Origin: Armatimonadota bacterium
Lineage (GTDB): Bacteria; Armatimonadota; UBA5829; DSUL01
Length of the DNA: 64,000 nucleotides
Direction of reading: 5' to 3'
Assembly (NCBI GenBank): GCA_039811685.1
Contig: JBDHZC010000005.1
Location: 72,057 to 136,056, forward strand
The position numbers and the translations under genes are program-made. This document shows positions 14,775 through 25,507 of the stretch, piece by piece (positions within the stretch are counted from its first letter, which is position 1; each line of letters opens with the position of its first letter). The notes beneath the pieces were generated by a model. That model was not told where the DNA came from. It ran no database searches and worked only from the letters and a program-made list of their open reading frames with translations.

Positions 14775-15461
14775 GTGTCAATTCTGGCAATCGGTGCGGC
14801 AGATTCATCTGGCTTGTCCGGGCTTTGGATGTATGCTCACAGCGCAGAGTGTGACTGCCGGATATTCCCTGTGACCGCGTGCGTGATCGCCAGGAGCAGA
14901 GATGGCCGCGTCAAAGCAGTATCCGCAACCCCGCCAACGATTATCGCGCGCCAGATTGATGCCGCTACTGAGATAGAGCATCCACAGGCCTGCATCGTCG
15001 GGATGCTGGCGCGGCATCAGGCGGTGCACAGGGTGGCGGAACGGATTCAGAGGCGAGAGATCTGCAACATTGTCCTGGCGCCGGTGTTAGGGCGCGAAGA
15101 CGGGCGCGATCTGATGACAGCGCAGGGGATCAAGCAGACCAGAAGGCAGCTTGTCCCGCTGGCTGATATCATCGTTGGTGATGCGCAGACACTTCAAAGC
15201 CTTGCCAACAGTGAACGGGGCGTTGCTGCCGCGGCACAGGCACTGAGAGATAACGGTGCGAAAAGCGTCATTGCGCTCTGGCAGCAGGCGGACAAGTTTG
15301 TCTGCCGCGTGTTTGCCGGGCAAACGGCGCAGTTCTCTCTGGGTCCGGGAAGCCAGATGGACCAGACGCTCATCGACAGGCTCGCTGTTGCTTCGGCGCT
15401 GAGTCTTACGGAGGGCAAGAGCCTCACGGAGCGCCTGAGTCAGTGGAGCGCCGGGTGTTAG
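14775..15461 (+). CDS. ThiD-like (hydroxymethylpyrimidine/pyridoxal kinase family) protein, short
   Basis: N-terminal ILAIGAADSSGLSGL resembles the ThiD glycine-rich motif. Shorter than canonical ThiD. Confidence 0.4.
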   Translation: MSILAIGAADSSGLSGLWMYAHSAECDCRIFPVTACVIARSRDGRVKAVSATPPTIIARQIDAATEIEHPQACIVGMLARHQAVHRVAERIQRREICNIVLAPVLGREDGRDLMTAQGIKQTRRQLVPLADIIVGDAQTLQSLANSERGVAAAAQALRDNGAKSVIALWQQADKFVCRVFAGQTAQFSLGPGSQMDQTLIDRLAVASALSLTEGKSLTERLSQWSAGC

Positions 15462-15561
15462 TCAACTCAGGCTCAGCCGCTGCAGCAGGAAGTGGAATCT
15501 GCGTGTGCGGGTAGAGTACGGGGACAAAGAGCTATACGGATTGTTCGGTGATTTTTAGCAG

Positions 15562-16296
15562 ATGGCTGAGCTGAAACAACAACATTTTGACAGTGGTGAA
15601 TACTGGATAAAGCGGCACGAAGAGTTCGATCGCTCGCATCAGGCGACCGGGCTTCTCGGCTCTTCAGAGCGATCCAACACCGTGCTCTACGATCTGCGCA
15701 GACAGGCGCTGATGGAGGCGATTGGCTCCGTCGATCTCAGTGGGCGGCGCGTGCTGGACGCGGGCTGCGGGCTTGGCGACTTCTCCCGGTTTTACAAGGA
15801 ACGCGGGGCGCTGGTGAGCGGGTGTGATATCTCAGATCTGGCGGCTGAGAAGTGTCAGCAGGCGGGACTTGGTACTTTCCGGGCCGGACGCTTGAAGGAC
15901 ATCCCCACGCTTTTCCCCGGACAGACCTTTGACATTGTTCACTGCTTTGACGTCCTGTATCACATTGTGGACGATGAGGAGTGGCGCGAAACGCTGGATG
16001 CTTTCGAACAGGTCTCAGGACCAGAAACAGTCTGGTATATTATCGAGCTTGCGCGGGCGAAAGGGTCTTCTGTTCACGTGAAGGTCCGCGGTACACGTAC
16101 TTACGGGCAAGAGCTGGCAAAGCGCGGGCGCTTCATCGCGCGTGACCGTCGTATCCACTGGTTGCTGAGTGTCTTTCCGCGCCTGCACGCCCTCAATCCC
16201 CGGCTGTCCTATGCCTTCGAGCGTCTGACAAAGTGGAGCCCGACGGCGAAGGCGCCGAGGGGAGCGCTGTGGACGATAAAGCGGGGGCAGGCATGA
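15562..16296 (+). CDS. Class I SAM-dependent methyltransferase
   Basis: VLDAGCGLGDF motif I and acidic motif II. Confidence 0.6.
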   Translation: MAELKQQHFDSGEYWIKRHEEFDRSHQATGLLGSSERSNTVLYDLRRQALMEAIGSVDLSGRRVLDAGCGLGDFSRFYKERGALVSGCDISDLAAEKCQQAGLGTFRAGRLKDIPTLFPGQTFDIVHCFDVLYHIVDDEEWRETLDAFEQVSGPETVWYIIELARAKGSSVHVKVRGTRTYGQELAKRGRFIARDRRIHWLLSVFPRLHALNPRLSYAFERLTKWSPTAKAPRGALWTIKRGQA

Positions 16297-16342
16297 TGGC
16301 GTATGCAATCAAAGCGATGCACGCAGAAAGGCTTTCTGGTCT

Positions 16343-17083
16343 GTGGCCTCTTTGCTGAAGGCTCTGAGGCTTGGCGCGGCTTCGGCGCGGGTGAAGGATC
16401 CCGCGATGAGCGAAGCGCTTCGCGAGGGCGCATCAGCCTGGGGAAGTGTGACGGGCTGGTCCATTCATCCGGATGCTCTCGGCGCACTTGCTGAATATGT
16501 CCCAGACAGCTCGGTACGTGTAATCGAGTGTGGATCGGGCTACTCAACCGGCGTCCTGCACCTGTGGGCCCGAAAGCGTAGGGCAGCATGCTCTGTGACC
16601 AGCTATGAACACGAGGACGAACAGATTGAGCGTTTGCACAGTGTTCTGGACGGGGAGGCTCTGAACGGAGTTGTCAAATCCAGCCTCAGCCAGCTCACGG
16701 AGCACCGGTTTCGGGAATTGCTTGGGTCCGGCGCAAACGCAGTAAACTACTGGAAGCAGTGGGCAGACCCTCTTCCACATGACCTCTACTCCACAACCCG
16801 CGTCTCCCGCGTCTTCTACACAGAGCTTGCCGAGAATCCGCCAACACTTTCAGACGATGAGACGCTGGTGGTCATCCTGGACGGGCCGCACGGCAACGGC
16901 CGCTCGGTCGCGTTTCCGATTCTGGCCGCCTCTTCAAAGCGCGAGTCCATCTGGCTGATTGACGACTACGACCACTACCCCTTTGTTGAGGAGATGAGCC
17001 AGGTCTATGCGCTTTCGGATCAGCAGACGCGCCACGAAGGCACAAAGCGCTGGACTATCGTCCGCGCGACACCAAAGAGCTGA
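16343..17083 (+). CDS. Hypothetical protein (possible methyltransferase-like fold)
   Basis: Weak VIECGSGYSTG motif-I-like segment. Lies in the polysaccharide cluster. Confidence 0.3.
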   Translation: MASLLKALRLGAASARVKDPAMSEALREGASAWGSVTGWSIHPDALGALAEYVPDSSVRVIECGSGYSTGVLHLWARKRRAACSVTSYEHEDEQIERLHSVLDGEALNGVVKSSLSQLTEHRFRELLGSGANAVNYWKQWADPLPHDLYSTTRVSRVFYTELAENPPTLSDDETLVVILDGPHGNGRSVAFPILAASSKRESIWLIDDYDHYPFVEEMSQVYALSDQQTRHEGTKRWTIVRATPKS

Positions 17084-17091
17084 GAGGCGAC

Positions 17092-18111
17092 TTGAAAGTC
17101 CTGCACGCCGGGATATTCCAGGATCATGAGCTTGGCGGGGACATCATCCTTGAAAAGGGTCTGCAGCAGAACGGCTGCGAAGTCGAACGCTTCGAGTTTC
17201 GTGAACTAGCACAGCGCGAAGGACCGGAAGCGATGAACCGCGCGCTGTTGGAGCATGGAGGCGACGCGGATCTGGTTTTTATCGGCAAGGGCAATTTCAT
17301 TCGCCCGGAGACGCTTCGCGCCCTGCGCGGCAAAGGGGCGCAGGTTGCCGTGTGGTACGGGGACATCCGGCCGGAGCCCGAGCCGTGGCTGGTGGAGCTT
17401 CTTGGGGAGGTGGACGTCTTCTTCATGACCAGTGGTGGAGAGATGCTGCGCCGGCACAAGGAGATGAGCGGTTGTGGACGTGCAGCCTACTTTTTCAACC
17501 CGACCGACCCCGAGCTTCCGGTCAAGTACAGCTATCTGCCGCGGGGAACGCAAAACGTCGTGTGGACGGGAACGATGCACGATGTCGCACAGACAGAGCG
17601 CCGCCAGACGCTGGAGTATCTTCAGACGCGCGCAGACGTCGCCTTCTACGGATTTGAGCGTCCGCGCAGCGCACTTGCGCGGCTCGCGCGGCGAGTCCAG
17701 CGGAAAATCCGCCCGAAGGGGCCGCCTCTGGTGCGCGGGGAAGCCTACATCACGGCTATCAAGAGCGCGAAAATCGGCGTGGGCGTCAGCGCGCTGCAAA
17801 ATGTGACCCGCTACTCAAGCGACCGCATCTCTCACTACCTCACCTTCGGGACGTTCTACCTGGCGTGGCGCTTCCCGGAGGCAGAGCGCCTCTTTGAGCC
17901 GGGCACGGAATTGGTGACTTTTGACAGCGTAGGCGAGCTTCACCGCAAGATTGAATACTTTCTTGCCAACCCGCAGGAGCGGGAGGCCATAGCGTGGGCT
18001 GCTCAGAAGCGAGCGCTGGAGCAGTACAACACGCGGGCTGTCACGAAGATGATGTTGGACATCCTGCAGAAAGGCCGCAGCGGGGTCTTTGAATGGGAGG
18101 AAGTCCTCTAG
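17092..18111 (+). CDS. Glycosyltransferase, CgeB-like/GT1-related
   Basis: C-terminal region typical of CgeB/DUF3880-type glycosyltransferases. TTG start as called by the ORF track. Confidence 0.45.
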   Translation: MKVLHAGIFQDHELGGDIILEKGLQQNGCEVERFEFRELAQREGPEAMNRALLEHGGDADLVFIGKGNFIRPETLRALRGKGAQVAVWYGDIRPEPEPWLVELLGEVDVFFMTSGGEMLRRHKEMSGCGRAAYFFNPTDPELPVKYSYLPRGTQNVVWTGTMHDVAQTERRQTLEYLQTRADVAFYGFERPRSALARLARRVQRKIRPKGPPLVRGEAYITAIKSAKIGVGVSALQNVTRYSSDRISHYLTFGTFYLAWRFPEAERLFEPGTELVTFDSVGELHRKIEYFLANPQEREAIAWAAQKRALEQYNTRAVTKMMLDILQKGRSGVFEWEEVL

Positions 18112-18126
18112 CAGGCGTCACGGGCT

Positions 18127-19365
18127 ATGAAACCGACTGTTGGCATAGTAACAACCTGGTTTGAGCGCGGAGCTGCCTACGTCAGCCGCGCCTACAGGGA
18201 GCTGCTCGTCCCGGACTTTGACGTGCAGATTTATGCGCGAGGCGGGGAGAGCTTCGCCCGCGGCAACCCGGACTGGGACGACGCCTCAGTGTGGTGGAGC
18301 GAGCACCGCGCCGGCACATTCATTGACCGTGCAGACTTTGAGCGCTGGATTGACGAGCGCGGCGTCGGGCTGATTCTGTTCAACGAGCAGAACTGGCTGC
18401 CTCCTGTAATCTGGGCGCATGAGAAGGGCTGCCGGACAGTGGCTTACGTGGACTTCTACACTCCTGAGCTTGTGCCGCTCTTCCGCGCGTACGATGAGGT
18501 CTGGTGCAACACGCGCCGTCACCACTCCGTTTTTGAGAACCATCCGCGGGCGCGCTACATTCCGTGGGGGACTGACCTGGACCTCTTCAAACCCGCCGGA
18601 CACGAGCCGTCTGAAGAGCTGATCTTCTTTCACTCAGCGGGGATGGGAGGAGCGGACCTGGCGCGGGGAATTCTACCCCGCAAAGGCACCGATCTTGCGA
18701 CTCAGGCCTTTCGGCGCGTGCAGGGACCGGCGCGGCTCATCGTTCATTCCCAGCTTCCCCTGGCGGCTTTTGGCAGCGTGACAGAAGAGGCTGTGCAGGC
18801 GGATGAACGCATTCAGTTCATCGAAAAAACTGTTCCCGCTCCGGGTCTGTACCATCTGGGTGACGTCTATCTTTACCCGACACGGCTGGAAGGCATCGGG
18901 CTGAGCATTATTGAAGCGCTGGCGTGCGGTCTCCCGGTCATCGCCACCGGTACCGGGCCCTGCAATGAGTTTGTCGTCGAGGGCAAGAGCGGCTGGCTGG
19001 TTCCGGTCGCGCGCCGTCAGATGCGCCGGGATGGCTATTACTGGCCACTGGCCGAGTGCGATCTGGACGCGCTGGTCCGCATCATACAGACCTGCATAAA
19101 TGAGCGCAAATGTCGCCCCCAGTGGAGAGCGAACGCTCGCGATTTTGCCACTGAGCGTTTGGACTGGATCGCCAACCGGGCGGCGGTTCAGGGCTACGTG
19201 CGGGAGCTACTGGCTTCGGACCCTCTTCCTGTGCCGGCGGCCATCCGGCGGGAGATTCTGGCGCAGGGCGCCTCAGGAAGCCTGGCCACCAGGCTGCTGC
19301 GCCGGATGAAGCGGCAGGCGGTGCGTCTGAGACATGATCTGGCCATGAGGCATGTCCATGCGTAA
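18127..19365 (+). CDS. Glycosyltransferase family 1 (GT4)
   Basis: E-x7-E motif region YPTRLEGIGLSIIEALACGLPVIAT. Confidence 0.75.
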   Translation: MKPTVGIVTTWFERGAAYVSRAYRELLVPDFDVQIYARGGESFARGNPDWDDASVWWSEHRAGTFIDRADFERWIDERGVGLILFNEQNWLPPVIWAHEKGCRTVAYVDFYTPELVPLFRAYDEVWCNTRRHHSVFENHPRARYIPWGTDLDLFKPAGHEPSEELIFFHSAGMGGADLARGILPRKGTDLATQAFRRVQGPARLIVHSQLPLAAFGSVTEEAVQADERIQFIEKTVPAPGLYHLGDVYLYPTRLEGIGLSIIEALACGLPVIATGTGPCNEFVVEGKSGWLVPVARRQMRRDGYYWPLAECDLDALVRIIQTCINERKCRPQWRANARDFATERLDWIANRAAVQGYVRELLASDPLPVPAAIRREILAQGASGSLATRLLRRMKRQAVRLRHDLAMRHVHA

Positions 19366-20299
19366 GACGCCGCTCGCCCTGTTCACCTACAACCGTCCTC
19401 AGTACACTCGCAGCGCGATGGAGGCGCTCGCTCGCTGCCGCAGACTGGAGGAATGTGAGGTTTTTGTCTTTTGTGACGGCCCGAAGACCCTGGAGCACGC
19501 GAGCGCCGTCGAAGAAAGCCGCAGGGCTGCTCACGAACTTGCGCCTGCTGTAAACGCAACTGTTGTTGAGCGTCCGGAAAACTTCGGACTGGCTCGCAGT
19601 ATTGTCGAGACAGTGACAGCTCTTTGCGCGGACTACGGGAGGGTCATTGTTCTGGAGGACGATCTCACGGCTCATCCGCGCTTTGTTGACTACATGCTGC
19701 AGGCGCTGGAGCGCTATGAGAATGACCACCGCGTGTATCAGGTATCCGGCTTCATGTTCCCGGTATCGCACCCGCCTGGGCCGGATGCGTTTCTGATGCC
19801 TCTGTCCACGACGGTCGGCTGGGCGACGTGGGAGCGGGCATGGAAGGCGTTCGACCCGCAGCCGACGGACTGGGAGGCAGACCTGCGGGACGCGGAGTTC
19901 CGGGGCCGGCTGGACCTGGACGGGGCATGCGACTTCTCAGACATGCTTCGCCAGCGCATGAACGGAGGCAATCAGTCGTGGGGGGTGCTTTGGTACTATG
20001 CGCTGGTCAAAGCCCGCGCTCTGGTGGCGCAACCGAGGCGTTCGCTGATCTATGTTGGAGGATTTGACAACAGCGGCGTTCACTGCGGGGCGCCCTCACC
20101 CATCTACAAACACGACCGCGATACGCTGCTGAGCCAGGAGTTTCCCGAGCGCTTCGTATTTTCAGACGCAGAGGATGAGCATGCCTTTCTGCGCGTGAAA
20201 GCCTTTCTGGCCGCTCAGAAGCCGGGGCCGATCCGGCGTCTCGGGTCATCCCTGCGCCAACGCGCCAGAAGCGCCTTTGGAGCCTTGCGAGCCGGATGA
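19352..20299 (+). CDS. Glycosyltransferase, GT-A fold (GT2-like)
   Basis: N-terminal LFTYNRP…FCDG… DxD-like LEDD. Overlaps the upstream gene by 14 nt. Confidence 0.4.
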   Translation: MSMRKTPLALFTYNRPQYTRSAMEALARCRRLEECEVFVFCDGPKTLEHASAVEESRRAAHELAPAVNATVVERPENFGLARSIVETVTALCADYGRVIVLEDDLTAHPRFVDYMLQALERYENDHRVYQVSGFMFPVSHPPGPDAFLMPLSTTVGWATWERAWKAFDPQPTDWEADLRDAEFRGRLDLDGACDFSDMLRQRMNGGNQSWGVLWYYALVKARALVAQPRRSLIYVGGFDNSGVHCGAPSPIYKHDRDTLLSQEFPERFVFSDAEDEHAFLRVKAFLAAQKPGPIRRLGSSLRQRARSAFGALRAG

Positions 20300-20895
20300 T
20301 TCAGCGTCTCTACAACGGGCTGCGGCGCCGCACCCACCGCCGTTCGCTCAACGCGCAGCTTCATCCGGAGGCGGTCGTGACGCCCGAGACACAGGTGGAG
20401 AACTTCGCCGGAGGCCCTGAGCGCGTGCAGATCGGCGCCCACTCCTGCGTCCGCGGCAGGCTGATCACTTACGGCCACGGAGGGCGCATTGCGATAGGCG
20501 AGTGGTGCTATGTGGGAGTGCGCACAGAGATATGGAGCATGGACGCGATCACCATCGGGGACCGGGTGATGATTGCGCACGACGTCAACATTCACGACGG
20601 AACCGCCCACTCGATGGACCCGGAAGAGCGTCACCGGCACTACCGCCACATCGTGGAGCGCGGCCACCCCAGGACATCTGAGGAGATGCCGGGAGTGTTT
20701 TCCGCTCCGGTAGTGATCGAGGACGACGTGTGGATATCGTTTGGCGTGACAATTTTGAAAGGCGTCACGATCGGCAAAGGCAGCGTGATCGCAGCTAAAA
20801 GCACAGTTCTGCGGGACGTCCCGCCGGGTGTGCTCTACCGGTGCGAGGTGACTCCTGTCATCACACCGCTGAAGCTCGGAGTCAGCGATGCTTAG
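20296..20895 (+). CDS. Hexapeptide-repeat (LbH) O-acetyltransferase
   Basis: Left-handed beta-helix hexapeptide repeats (IGDRVMIAHDVNI…VWISFGVTILKGVTIGKGSVIAA). Confidence 0.7.
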   Translation: MIQRLYNGLRRRTHRRSLNAQLHPEAVVTPETQVENFAGGPERVQIGAHSCVRGRLITYGHGGRIAIGEWCYVGVRTEIWSMDAITIGDRVMIAHDVNIHDGTAHSMDPEERHRHYRHIVERGHPRTSEEMPGVFSAPVVIEDDVWISFGVTILKGVTIGKGSVIAAKSTVLRDVPPGVLYRCEVTPVITPLKLGVSDA

Positions 20896-21484
20896 ACGGT
20901 GCCTGAAACGGGCGGCCACAGCGCTCGGAGTTCGCCGGGACGCTCTGAAGTGGCTTGGCGAGCGGGCGAAGGTGGGCGAAGGCGCGCGCATTGTTCACGC
21001 CTGCATCTCCGCTCCTGACCCTGCGGAGTGCGCGCTGACAATAGGTCAGGGCAGCAACATCGAGTGCAGTATCTGCTTTGAGCGCGCGGGAGCGAAGGTG
21101 ACAATCGGGGCGCGCACGCATCTGGGCGGCAGGACGCTTCTGGACTGCGCAAGCGAAATCTCTATCGGAGACGACGTGCTGGTGGCCTTTGACACGCTGA
21201 TTGCCGATCACGACAGCCATTCCCTCGTCTTCAGCGAAAGACAGTACGACGTGCGCGACTGGATGAACGGGCGCAAGGACTGGTCGCATGTCAAAATGGC
21301 GCCGGTGAGGATCTGCGACAAAGCCTGGATCGGCGCACGGGCCATCATCCTGAAAGGTGTCACAATCGGTGAGGGCGCGGTGATCGGCGCAGGCAGCGTG
21401 GTCACAAAGGACGTTCCGGCGTGGTGTGTGGCCGCCGGTAACCCTGCGCGTGTAATCAGGCAGGTGGAGGAGGCGTCCCCGTGA
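20888..21484 (+). CDS. Hexapeptide-repeat (LbH) O-acetyltransferase, second copy
   Basis: Hexapeptide repeats (AWIGARAIILKGVTIGEGAVIGAGSVV). Overlaps the neighbouring genes. Confidence 0.7.
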   Translation: MLRRCLKRAATALGVRRDALKWLGERAKVGEGARIVHACISAPDPAECALTIGQGSNIECSICFERAGAKVTIGARTHLGGRTLLDCASEISIGDDVLVAFDTLIADHDSHSLVFSERQYDVRDWMNGRKDWSHVKMAPVRICDKAWIGARAIILKGVTIGEGAVIGAGSVVTKDVPAWCVAAGNPARVIRQVEEASP

Positions 21485-22281
21485 GTGCGCCTCTCACCTG
21501 GGAAGAAGCCGTCCGGCGCTACCGTAGCGAACCCGCCAACGACAAGGGCGTGCGCGACAACTACTTTGACCTGCCCGTGTTGCAGGCAGCCCGGCGCTAT
21601 GCGGATAGTGAAGAGTTCGCCGAAGTCGAGCGGCTGCTTGGCCCTCCGGATGGCGGTAGAGTCCTGGATCTTGGCGCGGGCAACGGGATAGCGAGCTTTG
21701 CGCTGGCGAAGGCCGGCTGGCAGGTGAGCGCGATTGACCCGGACGGCAGCGCGGAAGTCGGAGTAGCGGCCATTCAGGCGCTCGCGGAAGAGACAGGTCT
21801 CAATATTGACACTCAGCGCACGCAAGGGGAAACGCTGCCTTTTGCCGATGCGTCCTTCAACGCCGTCCACGCGCGGCAAGTTCTTCACCATGCAGCCGAT
21901 CTGGAGCTGATGCTGCGGGAGGTGGCCCGCGTTCTGAAGCCGGGCGGCTCTCTGCTGGCGACCCGAGAACACGTGGCGGACAACCCGCGCCAGCTTGAGC
22001 AGTTCCGGGCGTCTCATCCGCTTCACGGGCTCTATGGGGGCGAGAACGCTTTCTCTCTCCCGCGCTATCTCAGCGCTATTCAGGCCGCCGGATTGAGGAT
22101 TGAAAAGGTCTGGGGACCGCTGGACTCCATTCTGAACTTCTACCCGGGAAGTGAAGAGCAGAGGCAGGCGGCGCTGCGCCGATCCGGGCGGCTGAAGTGG
22201 GCGCTTATCGGGTTTGTCATGGAGAAGCGGCGCGCGAGCGCCGCCGGCAGACTCTACAGTTTTCTGGCGGTACGCCCGTGA
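21481..22281 (+). CDS. Class I SAM-dependent methyltransferase
   Basis: RVLDLGAGNGIASFALA motif I. Confidence 0.6.
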   Translation: MSAPLTWEEAVRRYRSEPANDKGVRDNYFDLPVLQAARRYADSEEFAEVERLLGPPDGGRVLDLGAGNGIASFALAKAGWQVSAIDPDGSAEVGVAAIQALAEETGLNIDTQRTQGETLPFADASFNAVHARQVLHHAADLELMLREVARVLKPGGSLLATREHVADNPRQLEQFRASHPLHGLYGGENAFSLPRYLSAIQAAGLRIEKVWGPLDSILNFYPGSEEQRQAALRRSGRLKWALIGFVMEKRRASAAGRLYSFLAVRP

Positions 22282-22283
22282 GG

Positions 22284-23198
22284 ATGATTGTCACAGGCAG
22301 CCGCGGATTCCTCGGGGCGGCCTTTGGGCGTGTCGCCGGCGCTTCAGGATGGGAAGTGCTCGGAATTGCCCGGTCGAACCAGAGCGAGCCTGACTGGCTG
22401 GGGGAACACGTGTCAGCCGATGTCGCCTTTGCCGATCTCACCTCCGTCATAAGAGACTACAAGCCGGACGTCTTTGTTCACTGCGCGGGAACCGCCTCTG
22501 TTGGGGCGTCTTTTGAGTCGCCGGTGGACGATCTACGGGCGGCTGTTATGACATGGGCCAATGCGCTGGAGAGCATCCGGCGCTCTGGAGTGGGATGCGC
22601 CGTGATCTTCCCCTCCAGCGCGGCGGTGTACGGCAATCCTCTTGCTTTGCCAGTCGCTGAAGACGCGCCAGTCGCGCCAATCTCACCTTACGGGTTTCAC
22701 AAAGCTGCATGTGAGCTGCTGGCAAAGGAGTATACGCACTGCTTCGGCCTGAGCGTGGTGGTCTGCCGGCTGTTCTCCGTCTTTGGACCTTCGCAGCGGC
22801 GGCTTCTGGTCTGGGAACTGTATGAACAGCTTACAAACGCGGGACAGGATATCCACCTTCAAGGGACGGGGGAGGAGACACGCGACTACCTCTATGTGGA
22901 CGACGCAGTGCAGGCGTGCCTGGCGGTCGCTGATGCGGCAAAGCTGCAGCCCGGCTCGGTGAGTGTAAACATCGCCAGCGGGCAGGAAACCAGAGTCGCT
23001 GATCTTGCTGAGGAGATGAGAGAGCTGATTAATCCTGGCAAGCGGCTTTTCTGCGCTCAGACTCAGCGCCGGGGCGACCCGCAGCGCTGGCGGGCCGACA
23101 CCGGGCTTCTGCAATCGCTTGCGCCCCGGTGGGCGGCGCGGCCACTGAGAGAGGGGCTCGAAGCGTGCGTGCAAGCCTGGGGGAAGCACTGCCCTTGA
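22284..23198 (+). CDS. NAD-dependent epimerase/dehydratase (SDR family)
   Basis: N-terminal MIVTGSRGFLG Rossmann motif and YxxxK (YGFHKAACE). ATG 22284; the ORF track extends upstream through overlap. Confidence 0.7.
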   Translation: MIVTGSRGFLGAAFGRVAGASGWEVLGIARSNQSEPDWLGEHVSADVAFADLTSVIRDYKPDVFVHCAGTASVGASFESPVDDLRAAVMTWANALESIRRSGVGCAVIFPSSAAVYGNPLALPVAEDAPVAPISPYGFHKAACELLAKEYTHCFGLSVVVCRLFSVFGPSQRRLLVWELYEQLTNAGQDIHLQGTGEETRDYLYVDDAVQACLAVADAAKLQPGSVSVNIASGQETRVADLAEEMRELINPGKRLFCAQTQRRGDPQRWRADTGLLQSLAPRWAARPLREGLEACVQAWGKHCP

Positions 23199-24331
23199 AG
23201 CTGGGAATCATTCTTGATCCCGCCGACTCAAGCTGGATTGGCGGCGCTATCTACATGCAGAACGTGCTCAGGAGTCTGTGCTCCTCGCAGGCGGATGTGG
23301 AAATCCTGGTCTGGTGCCAGCGTGGACGCATCGATGGGGTTCTTAGTGAACCAGTGGCGCAAGGCGTTCAGGTCATCGAGACATCTGCCGGCCGCCTGCC
23401 TGATGCCGCGGCACGACTGGTCCAGGTGCGCTCCATGCTGAAGCATCGGATAGACGTACTTTTCGGAAGCCTGTCACGCCTGCCATGGTCGCCAGTGCCC
23501 TGGATTGGCTGGATTCCAGACTTCCAGCACGTGCGCCTTCCTGAGCATTTTTCCCCGGCTCAGCGCTCGCAACGAGACCGCATCTTTCGCAGAGTGATAC
23601 AGCGCTCAAGCCGCATGATTTTCAGCAGTCAGGACGCGTTTGGCGACTTCACGCAGTTCGCTCCTGGCTTCACGGACAAGGGACACGTTGTTCCGTTTGT
23701 CTCTTTGTTCCCGGAAGCGTTTTACGAACCAGACCCCGAACAGACAGTGTGCAAGTTCAACATTCAGCGCCCCTTCGCACTGACGCCAAATCAGTGGTGG
23801 GCACACAAGAATCACGAAACGCTGATCAGAGCAGCGGGAATACTCAGGCAGCGCGGCGTCGCGTGCCAGTTTGTGTTGACCGGAGCGCTCTCGGATGTGA
23901 GGGCTTCAGGTCATATTTCGCACCTGCTGCAATTAATGGCGGAGTTGAATGTACAGGATCGTTTTGTCCTTCTGGGGTTGCTCCCACGCGCTGAGCAGGT
24001 GCAACTTCAGCGCGCCGCGGATATTATTGTCCAACCGTCTCTGTTCGAAGGGTGGAGCACGGTTGTTGAAGACGCAAAGACGCTTGGAAAGACTATGGTA
24101 GTGTCAGACATCGCCGTACATCGGGAGCAGCAACCGCCAGGCAGTCTGTTCTTTGAGCCGGCAGACGCGGTGGACCTGGCGGACAAGATACAGCACGCGC
24201 TGGGCGGAGCCGGCCAGTGGGAGGACGAACAGAAGGCGAGACAAGACGCTTTACAGCGCGCAAGAGTATTCTCTGATGCATTTCTCGAAGTGTGTCGCTG
24301 TGCCGCGGCGCGAAGCTCTCCCCCAAAGTAA
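23195..24331 (+). CDS. Glycosyltransferase family 1 (GT4)
   Basis: C-terminal …VQPSLFEGWSTVVEDAKTLGKTMVVSD motif. TTG 23195 overlaps the upstream TGA (TTGA). Confidence 0.6.
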   Translation: MKLGIILDPADSSWIGGAIYMQNVLRSLCSSQADVEILVWCQRGRIDGVLSEPVAQGVQVIETSAGRLPDAAARLVQVRSMLKHRIDVLFGSLSRLPWSPVPWIGWIPDFQHVRLPEHFSPAQRSQRDRIFRRVIQRSSRMIFSSQDAFGDFTQFAPGFTDKGHVVPFVSLFPEAFYEPDPEQTVCKFNIQRPFALTPNQWWAHKNHETLIRAAGILRQRGVACQFVLTGALSDVRASGHISHLLQLMAELNVQDRFVLLGLLPRAEQVQLQRAADIIVQPSLFEGWSTVVEDAKTLGKTMVVSDIAVHREQQPPGSLFFEPADAVDLADKIQHALGGAGQWEDEQKARQDALQRARVFSDAFLEVCRCAAARSSPPK

Positions 24332-24334
24332 GAT

Positions 24335-25507
24335 ATGAACCTTAGACACTCCTCGCCATCACCTGAAGACGGAGACTATCTGCTGTGGCTTGGGCCAATT
24401 CTGGACGAATCCACTCTGCAGCGGTCTCCAGCCGCCAGCCCCGCAGCGGCTCGATGGCAATTCGGCCTGGTTCAGGCCCTGCAGGATCTGGGGCAGAGCG
24501 TGTTCAACATCGGCCATGTCCCCGAAAGGCTCTGGCCTAAGGGACGCCTGTTTATGGGGCGAAGCGCCGGGCGGCTGCCTTCCGGAATAGCAGGGCGGAT
24601 CGTCAGGTATGTTAACGCTCCTTTCATCCGGCGCGGGAGTCTGCACCGGCGCTACCTGCACTCCATGGCCCGCGCTGTCAGAAAACGCGGCCGCCCTTCA
24701 GCCGTTGTCACCTACAACGCCTACCCTCATAACGCTGTCTGCGGCCTGCGCGCAGTGCGCGATCTCAACGTACCCTGGGTATGTATAGCCGCAGACGCTC
24801 CCGGTGAGACCGCAGAGCGCAAAGTGCACGACGCAATCCTGGCACAGGCTTCCGGACGGGTGCTCCTGTCCTGGGGTCTCTACCGTGACACGCCAGGCGA
24901 ACCCAGGCTGCATCTTGACGGAGGGATAGAGGAGATTCGTTTTGCCCCTTCTTCAATGGAGCCTCAGCCAACCCCGGTGATTCTCTACACAGGGGCGCTC
25001 ACCAAATGGGGCGGCGTGAGCCTGTTGATAGACGCTTTTGCACTCATTCGCTCACAAAGCGCGGAATTGTGGATATGCGGTCACGGAAACGACGCACAGG
25101 TGCGCGAAGCGGCGCAGGCTAATCCCCGCATCAAGTGGCTGGGAATGGTCTCAGAAGAGAAGCTGCGCGAGGTCTCTGAAGCAGCCAGCGTTTTTGTCAA
25201 TCCACGCCCGCCGGAGATCAAAGACAACGCGATGAACTTTCCGTCCAAGGTGCTTGAGTATCTGTCTTACGGCCGGCCGGTTGTGAGCACGTGGACGGAC
25301 GGCCTCAGCCCTGATTACCGCGATGCGCTCATCGTACTCCAAAGCAGCGATCCGGAAGCTCTGGCTTCGGAAATCGACACAGTGCTGAGCTGGGATACGG
25401 AGCGCCTGCGGCTTCAGGCGCAAAAGGCGCACAGTTTCCTGCAACAGAAGCTGTGGTCTCGTCAAGCGGAGCGGTTTCTGAAGTGGATGGAGACGGTGCG
25501 TGTCTGA
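24335..25507 (+). CDS. Glycosyltransferase family 1 (GT4)
   Basis: …NPRPPEIKDNAMNFPSKVLEYLSYGRPVV motif. Confidence 0.65.
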   Translation: MNLRHSSPSPEDGDYLLWLGPILDESTLQRSPAASPAAARWQFGLVQALQDLGQSVFNIGHVPERLWPKGRLFMGRSAGRLPSGIAGRIVRYVNAPFIRRGSLHRRYLHSMARAVRKRGRPSAVVTYNAYPHNAVCGLRAVRDLNVPWVCIAADAPGETAERKVHDAILAQASGRVLLSWGLYRDTPGEPRLHLDGGIEEIRFAPSSMEPQPTPVILYTGALTKWGGVSLLIDAFALIRSQSAELWICGHGNDAQVREAAQANPRIKWLGMVSEEKLREVSEAASVFVNPRPPEIKDNAMNFPSKVLEYLSYGRPVVSTWTDGLSPDYRDALIVLQSSDPEALASEIDTVLSWDTERLRLQAQKAHSFLQQKLWSRQAERFLKWMETVRV